DNA of 64,000 nucleotides from a virus, in IMG/VR virus record IMGVR_UViG_3300028534_000017, positions 8,284 through 72,283 of that record. One strand, 5' to 3'. How positions within the stretch are numbered: the first letter of the stretch is position 1; every line of letters starts with the position of its first letter. The notes under the pieces are model-generated. The model had not been told where the DNA came from. It did not search any database and saw only the letters and a list, made by a program, of their open reading frames with translations. Positions 49,797 to 58,318 of this stretch are shown one piece after another. Position numbers and translations under genes: made by a program.

Positions 49797-50684
49797 ATGG
49801 CTTTAAATACTAAAATATTTATAGAACGTTCTATAAACAAACATGGAAATAAATACGACTATTCAAGATCGGTATATAAAACTTCATCTACCCCAATAGA
49901 AATTATATGCCCAGAACATGGAGAATTTTTGCAAAAGCCAGATTATCATATGAATGGTTCTGGTTGTCCTAGATGTAATAAATGGAAAATTAATACGCAA
50001 AAAGAAATTATAAATCGGTTTTTAAAAATTCATGGAAATAAATACGATTATTCAAAAGTTAAATATCTTAAAACTAATTTAGATGTAGAAATCGTTTGTC
50101 CGAAACATGGGAGTTTTTTTCAACAACCATTGGGACATTTTCGTGGTCAAGGATGTCCAAAATGCTATAATGAAAAATCACGAAGAAATCAAAGCGACGT
50201 TATAGAAGATTTTAAAAAGGTTCATGGAGATAAATATGATTATTCAAAAGTTAAATATTTTAATTCTAAAAATAAAATTGAAATAATTTGTTCTAAACAT
50301 GGATCATTTTTTCAATTACCTGATATACATAAACAAGGTTCAGGTTGTCCAAAATGTAAAAATTCACTTGGTGAAAATAAAATAAGAAATTATTTAGAAG
50401 AAAATAATATAGAATATATTCAAGAAAAAACTTTTAAAGATTGTAAATTTAAAAAAGTTTTGCCATTTGATTTTTATTTACCAGAATTAAATACCGTAAT
50501 CGAATTTGACGGAGAACAGCATTTTAAAAAGGTGGACCATTTCGGTGGAGAAAAATCTTTTAAAATTACTCAAACAAGAGATTTTATAAAAAATAAATAT
50601 TGTAAAAATAACAATATAGAACTTATAAGAATACCATACTATTACTTTAATAATATAGAAGAATTCTTAGAATACAAATTATAG
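49797..50684 (+). mobile_element. Free-standing endonuclease with CPxHG zinc repeats and PD-(D/E)XK (DUF559/Vsr-like) domain
   Basis: Repeated KYDYSKV..EIICPKHGSFFQ..H..G.GCPKC; FDFYLPELNTVIEFDGEQHF. Confidence 0.8.
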
Positions 50685-50716
50685 ATATAAATATTAATAA
50701 GATAAGGAAAACAATA

Positions 50717-53700
50717 ATGCAATCTGCACCTCAAAATAATCAAGAAATAGACTTTACACAAATTATGAACGAACAGGATATCATAACTTACTGGAATAAA
50801 ATATTTAAAGTTAATGATTTTAAAGAAGATGAAACAGCTAGAATAGTTTTTCAAGCTAAAGTTAAACAAGAGATTCGTGGAAAATATGAAAATATAAAAG
50901 ATTTTGAAATTACAGATAACGTTCAATTAAAGAACCCAAATGATTTAATAAACTATTTAAAAAATAAAATAGTTTCTTTACCTCATCATGATTGTGGTAT
51001 TTCGATAAGTACCGGAATTTTTGAATACGATCCAAAAAACCTTAATGAAAAAGGTAATGTAAAAGCTCCAAGTATTAATACTTTTAAAAAATTAAATACT
51101 ATCGTACTTGATATAGATGCGCATATTAAAGGAACTAAAGAAAGATTTCGTGTTTATTCTTTAGAAGAAAATTATCAAAAGATGGTAATTATTAGAAGTT
51201 ATTTAGAATTATTTTCTTTATTAAAAGGACATGGTTTTGAATCAGTAATTCCTTCTTTTAGTATGGTAACTGGTGGAGGAATTCAAATAGCTTTTGATTT
51301 TGACCAAGATTTATATGCTGGAGATGCGAAGCTAATTTTTAATAGACTCGGTGATATTCTTGGTAAGAAAACTTTTGGAGTTCTTGTTAAAGATATTATG
51401 GGTAACTTCTCTGAAATTATTATGGACTTTGATGCATCGTTCAAAGATATTTCCCATACTCAGCGGTTATGTGGAATTGTTCACCAAAAATATGGAAACA
51501 TTCCAACATTCTGTACTATTGGAACTACCGGAGTATTTGATTTTTTTAATCCGGAATTATTAAAAGAAGAATTTACTAAATTAATAACTGAAATAGATAG
51601 TGAAATTTTAGCTAGTGGATATACTGATATCCAAAAGAAAAGTTATGAAGATTATTACATTGGTATTATTAAAAGCTTTCAAAAGCTTAGTGAAAGTACT
51701 CAATCTTTAATGTTCCCAAAAGATGTTTTAGCTGAAGATGCGAGAATTGATTTGGCTCAAAATAAAAATAATTTAAATATTTTAAATACTAATCCTCTTG
51801 AGTACGAGTTAGTACAAAATCTCAAACAAAAAATTCAAGATGGTTTATTTAATTTAGCAGTTCTGTTCCCAGATGTCAATTTTGAGGATCATGGTAGTTA
51901 TTGGAAAATTAATTGTTTATTTCATGAAGAGACTAAACCAAGTATGGCAATTTATAAGAACTCTTTAAAATTTGAAGATTTCCACGATAATCAATCTTAT
52001 AGCATAGTTGAAGCTTTTATGAAAGTTCATGAACTTAATAAAGGCGACGCAATTAATAAAATTGCAGATTTAGCTGGAATTAAATTCAAGAAAACGGATA
52101 GAAAAGAATTTGAAAAAATGGAAATGGAAGAACTTATTGAAGTTCTTATTGATAAAATTAATCAGGAGGATTATGTTTACTATAGATTAGCTAATAAAAC
52201 TAGAACTTGTATTATTAGACATATTGATTCGGGAGAAATTTATTCATTCGATGGTATGGTAATGTTAGCTAATCATGTTCTTAGTAATCAATTAAATGTT
52301 ACCGATGTTGATTTCGAATTTCAAAAAGAATTTGCTAGAGCATTCGAAAGAAAAATTCTTATAGAAGCTTTTGAAGAATTTCAACCTGGTAAACCAACAG
52401 TATTTCAGAGAAATTTTATTAAATTTGTAAATCTTTGGGTACCAAGTAAAAATTATGAAAAAGCCCATTCAAGAAATGATGAGCTTAAAGAAGAATTCCC
52501 GGAACAAATGGAACTATCAGATACTATTATTATGCTTAAGGAAAAAACTCCTTGGACGTATAAGTATATTCTTCAATTAGTACAGAGAGGTGACTTAGGG
52601 TGGTTTATTAACTGGTTAACAGCTACTGCCAATCATTATGTGCTTCCTACTATTCCAGTTTTCTTTGGGGTTCCTGGAGCTGGTAAAAACTTATTCGTAA
52701 GTACTATTTTAGAATGGTATATAAATTCAGAGTTTACTAAAATTCTTAGTACTGATAGACTTATGTCAAATTTTAATAGTATTTTAGAAAGTTGTTCTTT
52801 AATGGTTCTAGATGAAGGAGATTTCAGTACTCAAAAAAGTAACGATGCATTAAAACTTATTACTGGTTCAGATAAACTTTTAATAGAGAAAAAGGGAGTC
52901 GATACCCAATCAAAAACTAAGAAGTTAAATATAATGATGTTTAGTAATGGTCAGGTTCCGGCAAGACACCCAAGTTCAGATAGACGTATGGTTTATTTTA
53001 ATTCTGAAATTACTTTATTAGAATTAACGGAATCTCTTGGAGTAAGCATAGAACAATTCGTGAGTAATGTTAAAGAAGAATTGGAATTATTTTGGGCAAT
53101 TGTTTTAAATAATAAATTAGATAAACCAAAAGCTATGACAAATCTTAAAAATGCTACTTTTTATACCCAAATTTTAAAAATGCATCCATTTGGAGAATTA
53201 GTGCTTTTAATGTTAAAAGGCGAATGGAAAGATATTGGATTACAACTTAATGAAAACGTATCTGATCCATTAATGATGAAAAATAATCTCGAATTACTCG
53301 AACAGATTAAATTACAATTTTCTAAAAGTGGAAGTATTTCTTTAACCCTTATTAATAGATATTTACAAAGTCTTAATTTTAAAGTAAGTACAAGTGTTCA
53401 AAGATTCTTAGCTAATAATAATTTAGAATTTTTTGGAATAAGTATCGAAATAAAAGATAACGAAGTTGTTTTAGTTATTAATAAAAAGAAACTTGAATCT
53501 TCATTAAGCTCTTCTAATATTATTTTAGAAGAGATTCCAGAAATTACTAAAAAAATCAAAAGAGTTCAGACTAAAATTAAAAAAATGAATCCTTTAGATA
53601 CTTTAAACGTTGAAGAGAATTTAATAGCTGAAGAAGAAGTTCACTACAAAGAAGAGAAAAATAATTTATCTTCTTTAAATCAACTCCCACAGCAGCAAAA

Positions 53701-53737
53701 TATACCAGAACCTCCAAAATTAAAAACTATAAATTAA
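50717..53737 (+). CDS. Primase-helicase (primase-polymerase N-terminus, Zn-finger-like middle, SF3/D5-like helicase)
   Basis: VLDIDAH, TGGGIQ, CLFHEETKPS, GVPGAGKN (Walker A), MVLDE (Walker B). Confidence 0.82.
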   Translation: MQSAPQNNQEIDFTQIMNEQDIITYWNKIFKVNDFKEDETARIVFQAKVKQEIRGKYENIKDFEITDNVQLKNPNDLINYLKNKIVSLPHHDCGISISTGIFEYDPKNLNEKGNVKAPSINTFKKLNTIVLDIDAHIKGTKERFRVYSLEENYQKMVIIRSYLELFSLLKGHGFESVIPSFSMVTGGGIQIAFDFDQDLYAGDAKLIFNRLGDILGKKTFGVLVKDIMGNFSEIIMDFDASFKDISHTQRLCGIVHQKYGNIPTFCTIGTTGVFDFFNPELLKEEFTKLITEIDSEILASGYTDIQKKSYEDYYIGIIKSFQKLSESTQSLMFPKDVLAEDARIDLAQNKNNLNILNTNPLEYELVQNLKQKIQDGLFNLAVLFPDVNFEDHGSYWKINCLFHEETKPSMAIYKNSLKFEDFHDNQSYSIVEAFMKVHELNKGDAINKIADLAGIKFKKTDRKEFEKMEMEELIEVLIDKINQEDYVYYRLANKTRTCIIRHIDSGEIYSFDGMVMLANHVLSNQLNVTDVDFEFQKEFARAFERKILIEAFEEFQPGKPTVFQRNFIKFVNLWVPSKNYEKAHSRNDELKEEFPEQMELSDTIIMLKEKTPWTYKYILQLVQRGDLGWFINWLTATANHYVLPTIPVFFGVPGAGKNLFVSTILEWYINSEFTKILSTDRLMSNFNSILESCSLMVLDEGDFSTQKSNDALKLITGSDKLLIEKKGVDTQSKTKKLNIMMFSNGQVPARHPSSDRRMVYFNSEITLLELTESLGVSIEQFVSNVKEELELFWAIVLNNKLDKPKAMTNLKNATFYTQILKMHPFGELVLLMLKGEWKDIGLQLNENVSDPLMMKNNLELLEQIKLQFSKSGSISLTLINRYLQSLNFKVSTSVQRFLANNNLEFFGISIEIKDNEVVLVINKKKLESSLSSSNIILEEIPEITKKIKRVQTKIKKMNPLDTLNVEENLIAEEEVHYKEEKNNLSSLNQLPQQQNIPEPPKLKTIN

Positions 53738-53769
53738 TAAGCGAATAATTTAGAAAACTATTAATAATT

Positions 53770-53806
53770 AACTATTCATGGTAGTACCATGAATAGTTTT
53801 CCTGTC
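53770..53806 (+). terminator. AACTAT-family hairpin plus TTCCTGTC after primase-helicase
   Basis: AACTATTCATGGTA-G-TACCATGAATAGTT then TTCCTGTC. Confidence 0.6.
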
Positions 53807-53875
53807 GTTAATTTTTAGAACGTTCTAAAAATTAATATATTTTGTCGAGAGAAATAAAAGGATATATCTATCCTT

Positions 53876-54127
53876 TTATTTCTTATCTCCTTTTTTACGA
53901 GGAATATAATCATATTCCTCCTCCATTTTTTTATAACACTTAACGATTTCCTCTCGAAAATAATTAATTTTTGCGAAAAGTACATTTCGAGCCTCTTTTT
54001 TATAAGCTGCTCTAATACCTGCTATTAACTCAGTTTCTAAGGCTTTATTAAAAGCCTCCAATTGTTTGCTTAATTCCATTAATCCTTTACCATCGTACGG
54101 ATTTACAAATTTTTCTTTTTCAGCCAT
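53876..54127 (-). CDS. Hypothetical protein; lone antisense gene with its own promoter
   Basis: 83 aa; promoter copy 4 upstream. Confidence 0.6.
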   Translation of the reverse strand: MAEKEKFVNPYDGKGLMELSKQLEAFNKALETELIAGIRAAYKKEARNVLFAKINYFREEIVKCYKKMEEEYDYIPRKKGDKK

Positions 54128-54231
54128 TTGAATCTTTCTTCTCCATTATCGGAGGTATTAAATAATCCAGCGTTAGGATTATGCTATAAAAAATAAACTA
54201 CTCTTGCGAATAGTTAACCTTTTACTGTTTA

Positions 54232-54266
54232 TAAGATATCTATATAATAAGTAACTTATTTTAAAG
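54232..54266 (-). promoter_or_regulatory. Bipartite phage promoter candidate, copy 4
   Basis: CTTTAAAATAA-GTTACTTATT-ATATAGATATCTTA. Confidence 0.7.
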
Positions 54267-54330
54267 TCTTTTATACAAGCAAATTTTAATTAAAAGAACT
54301 AATCATTATATAAAATCAAAAGAGATTAAA

Positions 54331-55119
54331 ATGAAATTTGAGATAAATAAAGAATTATTGTTAGAGGATTATATGCAATATATGATGGATCATTGGTCAA
54401 ATAATGATTCTATAAATGACGTTAATTTTGAAAAAGTTAAAGCGGCTGCACAACCAATAGATAATAATATTCAAGATGAAAGAATAATCGACGAATTTAA
54501 ACCACCTAAAGTTGGTTCAAATATATTGAAACCAGTTTTTCCAAAATTTGACGATCCGGAACATACTTCTTTAAGAATGCTCAGAAGTTTTTCAAAAGGT
54601 CATAATTTAGATTACAAAACTTCGGTTATTAATGCTCATAATTATATGGATGAATTACACCATCAGGAGAATGATTGGAAAGTTCATGGTACTAATGGAA
54701 ATCCTAAAGATTCTATAGAAGGCGCTTATCAAACGAGTAACGCTGCTAGGAACACCGACGTCAATCGTTTTAGAACTGGTTATAAAATGGATGCGGTGAC
54801 CCCTTATCTAACTAAAGAGAATGTTCCTCCAGTTGCAGATATGGATTTACAACAACAGACTGCTATGACTATAGCTGGTTTAAGCCAACACGGAAATTCA
54901 AAAAATCATTTACAACATTTTGCTAATATGCTTCGGGGTGATAAACAGGCAGGTTATGAAATGTATTTAACAGATCATCATACTAAACCGGACGTCGCCA
55001 CTATTAATAGATGGGATGGTATATATGGTAAATATAATATAGATAGAACGATGAAAATACTAGATAAAAGATTTTCAAATGAACCAAATTATTTAAAAGA
55101 ACTACATAAATATAAATAA
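54331..55119 (+). CDS. Hypothetical protein with MKFEINKELLLE N-terminus
   Basis: 262 aa; shared N-terminal motif. Confidence 0.6.
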   Translation: MKFEINKELLLEDYMQYMMDHWSNNDSINDVNFEKVKAAAQPIDNNIQDERIIDEFKPPKVGSNILKPVFPKFDDPEHTSLRMLRSFSKGHNLDYKTSVINAHNYMDELHHQENDWKVHGTNGNPKDSIEGAYQTSNAARNTDVNRFRTGYKMDAVTPYLTKENVPPVADMDLQQQTAMTIAGLSQHGNSKNHLQHFANMLRGDKQAGYEMYLTDHHTKPDVATINRWDGIYGKYNIDRTMKILDKRFSNEPNYLKELHKYK

Positions 55120-55137
55120 ACAAAAGGAAACAATCCA

Positions 55138-56580
55138 ATGCCAATAAAATTATTAAACGTTGAGAAATTTATTAATTCTCCAGAATCTGGTCCAAAATCA
55201 ACAAGACCGATAAAAACAGCTAAAACTTTCACAAGAAATCAAAATAATGAACTAGTCCCTAATTCTGGAAGTTTTTATGATCCAAGTATTTTTGGTTTTA
55301 GTTCAAGAGAAATTTTTGATCAATTCGCTTATATAAAATTAGAGGAACCAGTTCTCCACCCATTCGTATACAAAAATATAGGTTCTCTTGGAGGACTATT
55401 TAATAAATGTGTTAACAAAGCAATTAAATGTAATATTGTTAATGGCGTACTGGAAGATGCTAATGCTTCCAAAGGTTCTTCTGGAGGAAATGGGGTTAGT
55501 TTCCTTATTAATAACTGGAATAAGATTAACTTTAATAAATACCGAAATGATAAAAATAAAGACTTTGTTGATTTATTACAGCAAGATAAAAAATTAATTA
55601 TTATAGATAAGATACCAGTAATTCCAATAGGATATAGAAATTATTCTAATAAACATGGAATGGTAGAAGAGGATGAAATTACAGATATTTATAAAAAAAT
55701 AGTAAATATTAATGAAAGTAAAGATTGGGTAAAAGAATTAGATCAAGTGGAACAAAATGACTTTGAACAAGTAATTCAAAGTATTTATAAAAATACTTCT
55801 AAAAAAGAATATGTTCAAAGATATATTCAAGCTCTTTATGAATATTTTTTAGATAAATTAAATTCTAAAGATGGATTCTTTAATGCTTCTTTATTTGGTA
55901 AACGTGTTGATAATGTTGCTAGATATGTTGCAAACGCTCAACCGGATATTCCGGCAGATAGTGCCGCTTTTCCTTGGCAAGGTCTTTTAATAATGTTTGA
56001 TGTTTTTGTAATAGCTTATTTAAATAAACCAGAGTACGAGAAAGTTTCTAAACAATTAGGAATGAAAGAATTACTTATAGATGATATTGGAAAACAATTA
56101 GAATATATTTATAGAAATACAGAAGAGTATTTAAAAACTTATCCACATCATGAAGAATTATGGATTCAATTACTTACAGATATATTTAATGATAATCCAG
56201 AAATTAGAGTAATTACTAAAAGGGATCCGGGATGGACTCCAGTATCTTGGTGGGCATTTAAACCATTAATATTAACTGGAGTACAGTATCAACTTATAGT
56301 ACCTAGTTTAATTTATGCTCCAATCGGTGGTGATAGTTTCTCTAGTAATTATATTATTAAAGATGATTTATCCGAAGCTGCTCAAAATAATATTATTTTG
56401 GAAAATGATGATTTTATAGTATCGTTACCAAATAATACTGAAAATAAGGTACAAAAAATATATAATAGTTTTTCATTAGTACAAAATTTAAAAATGAATT
56501 CGTCGGAAATAATTAATGAAAATATATCAGAAGATGATTTCGAAGCGTTTATGGCAACTGCTGGGATTAGGAGAATATAA
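55138..56580 (+). CDS. rpoC: RNAP beta' N-terminal part (aa 1-399) plus split-intein N-fragment (aa 400-480), set 2
   Basis: GSFYDPSIFG, IKLEEPVLHP, KIPVIPIGYR, LFGKRVD, KRDPGW..WAFKP; catalytic motif breaks at APIGGD|SFSSNYII (Ser codon 56335). Confidence 0.85.
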   Translation: MPIKLLNVEKFINSPESGPKSTRPIKTAKTFTRNQNNELVPNSGSFYDPSIFGFSSREIFDQFAYIKLEEPVLHPFVYKNIGSLGGLFNKCVNKAIKCNIVNGVLEDANASKGSSGGNGVSFLINNWNKINFNKYRNDKNKDFVDLLQQDKKLIIIDKIPVIPIGYRNYSNKHGMVEEDEITDIYKKIVNINESKDWVKELDQVEQNDFEQVIQSIYKNTSKKEYVQRYIQALYEYFLDKLNSKDGFFNASLFGKRVDNVARYVANAQPDIPADSAAFPWQGLLIMFDVFVIAYLNKPEYEKVSKQLGMKELLIDDIGKQLEYIYRNTEEYLKTYPHHEELWIQLLTDIFNDNPEIRVITKRDPGWTPVSWWAFKPLILTGVQYQLIVPSLIYAPIGGDSFSSNYIIKDDLSEAAQNNIILENDDFIVSLPNNTENKVQKIYNSFSLVQNLKMNSSEIINENISEDDFEAFMATAGIRRI

Positions 56581-57743
56581 TGGCAATTAATATAGAAAAT
56601 AGTACAAGACTTTATAACTCTAAAATAATTATACCAAATGCTTTTAGACCACCAGAATGGTTTTTTAAAACTAAAGATATTTTTAGAAAAGAAATTTTAG
56701 AAAGTATTAAAAAAAATGGATTCTTAGATAAAGAATTAGTACGTAAAATGCTTAACGAAGTTCTTGAAAATAAAGTTAAAATAAAATTTCCTTTAAATGA
56801 TATAAATGTAAAAAAATTATATGCCGATATGTATGATATTTTTGAAGACGATGTTTTTATTTGGAAATATCAATTAATTTATGAAATTGGTTTCTTTTTA
56901 AGTACTTTAAAACCCAGTTCCTTCTCTCCGGAGAGTATGATACTCCCAGAAGAATTTAAAAAAGAAAAAGAACGTATTAGATTACAGTATGAAAATTCTC
57001 CTAAAAAAGAAAAAGATATTATTAAAGCTAATAAAGAATTAGATAATCTTGCTGAAAAAGTTATGGAATATTTTCGTAAGAATAATATATCTGTGGCTGA
57101 CTTAATCGATTCTGGTTCAAAAGGATCAGTTGATGATATTAGAAAACTTCTTCTTGGTGTTGGTTTAAGTATCAATGCTAAGGGAGAAATTAATGATGTT
57201 ATTCTTAAAGCCCATTCAGAAGGATTAGATAAAACACAATTCTTTAATTATAGTTCTCAAGGTATTGTATCACTGTATTCTAAATCAATGAATACGGCTA
57301 AACCTGGATATTTAATACGTCAACTTTATACTATTATGGAAACATTGAACTTATCTAAATTAAATGACTGTGGTACTAAAAAATATTTTGAATTTAAAAT
57401 ACCAAAAGGTAAAGATGGTAAAAAAATCTTATTTAATCTTAAAGGTAGGGTTCTTGATACAGGTGATATTATAGATCACGAAGATGAAAGTTATTTAGGT
57501 AAAAAAGTTAAATTAAGAAGCCCTCTTTATTGTCAAGCAAGAGATGGTATATGTAAAACTTGTTATAATCCTAAAGCAGTTGAAGAATTAAAAATGGTTC
57601 CAGGAAGTAAAGTTGGTCAAATGTCTGTAGCATCGTTGGCGGAAAGCTTAGTTAATTTGACGCTTAAGGCCAGTCATGTCGGATTATCTTTAGATACAGA
57701 AGAAATAGATCTTACGAAAGATGTGGAACTTTTTTGTAAATAA
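56580..57743 (+). CDS. rpoC: RNAP beta' C-terminal part (set 2)
   Basis: SGSKG, SEGL, TAKPGYLIRQL, DCGT, LRSPLYC..ICKTCY and SLAESLVNLTLKASHVG. Confidence 0.9.
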   Translation: MAINIENSTRLYNSKIIIPNAFRPPEWFFKTKDIFRKEILESIKKNGFLDKELVRKMLNEVLENKVKIKFPLNDINVKKLYADMYDIFEDDVFIWKYQLIYEIGFFLSTLKPSSFSPESMILPEEFKKEKERIRLQYENSPKKEKDIIKANKELDNLAEKVMEYFRKNNISVADLIDSGSKGSVDDIRKLLLGVGLSINAKGEINDVILKAHSEGLDKTQFFNYSSQGIVSLYSKSMNTAKPGYLIRQLYTIMETLNLSKLNDCGTKKYFEFKIPKGKDGKKILFNLKGRVLDTGDIIDHEDESYLGKKVKLRSPLYCQARDGICKTCYNPKAVEELKMVPGSKVGQMSVASLAESLVNLTLKASHVGLSLDTEEIDLTKDVELFCK

Positions 57744-57818
57744 ATTAAAACTTTAAATACAAGTAAAACCATACCTAACAAATTAAAATAAATAAACCAT
57801 TAAACAAGGAAATCGCAA

Positions 57819-58079
57819 ATGAAAAAAATTGAATTAGAAAAAGCTCTTGCCGCTAAATTAGAAGTAAGTAATAAAGAAGCCGAGAGAATTCTAGAAGCTG
57901 TTGTTAATACTGTAGTAGCTGGTGTTAAAGAGACTGGTGAAGTTCCATTCGGAAAAATCGGTAAGTTCAAATACGTAGACGTTAAAGAACGTTCTGGTGA
58001 AATGAACGGCGTAAAATGGACCAAACCAGCTCATAAAACAATTAAATTTAGTTTATCTAAATTTGGTAAAGAACTTTAA
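57819..58079 (+). CDS. hup: HU/IHF-family DNA-binding protein
   Basis: ELEKALAAK...GKIGKFK...KERSG...KPAHKTIKF. Confidence 0.9.
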   Translation: MKKIELEKALAAKLEVSNKEAERILEAVVNTVVAGVKETGEVPFGKIGKFKYVDVKERSGEMNGVKWTKPAHKTIKFSLSKFGKEL

Positions 58080-58080
58080 T

Positions 58081-58111
58081 AAATGAGGCTTCGGCCTCAT
58101 TTATTCCTGTC
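58081..58111 (+). terminator. Intrinsic terminator plus TTCCTGTC
   Basis: AAATGAGGC-TTCG-GCCTCATTT then ATTCCTGTC. Confidence 0.8.
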
Positions 58112-58145
58112 GTTATATAATAGTATAAAAATATTTAAAACATGA

Positions 58146-58270
58146 TAACTATTAATAGTTAACTATTAATAGTTATCTCTAAAATAGATAATATAGATAA
58201 CTATACGGGATAACTATTAATAGTTAACTATCGATACGCGTACTATATATAGTTAACTATTAATAGTTAT
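58146..58270. repeat. Dense array of nested TAACTAT/ATAGTTA palindromes
   Basis: 30-bp perfect palindrome TAACTATTAATAGTTAACTATTAATAGTTA at 58146-58175, plus further copies to 58270. Confidence 0.85.
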
Positions 58271-58318
58271 TAGATATTTATAGTTCATATAGATATTTTT
58301 ATAATTAAGGAAAAAATT

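Noticed and set aside
58146-58270. CRISPR array
   Set aside because: Repeats are nested palindromes without regular unique spacers; no cas genes in the window.
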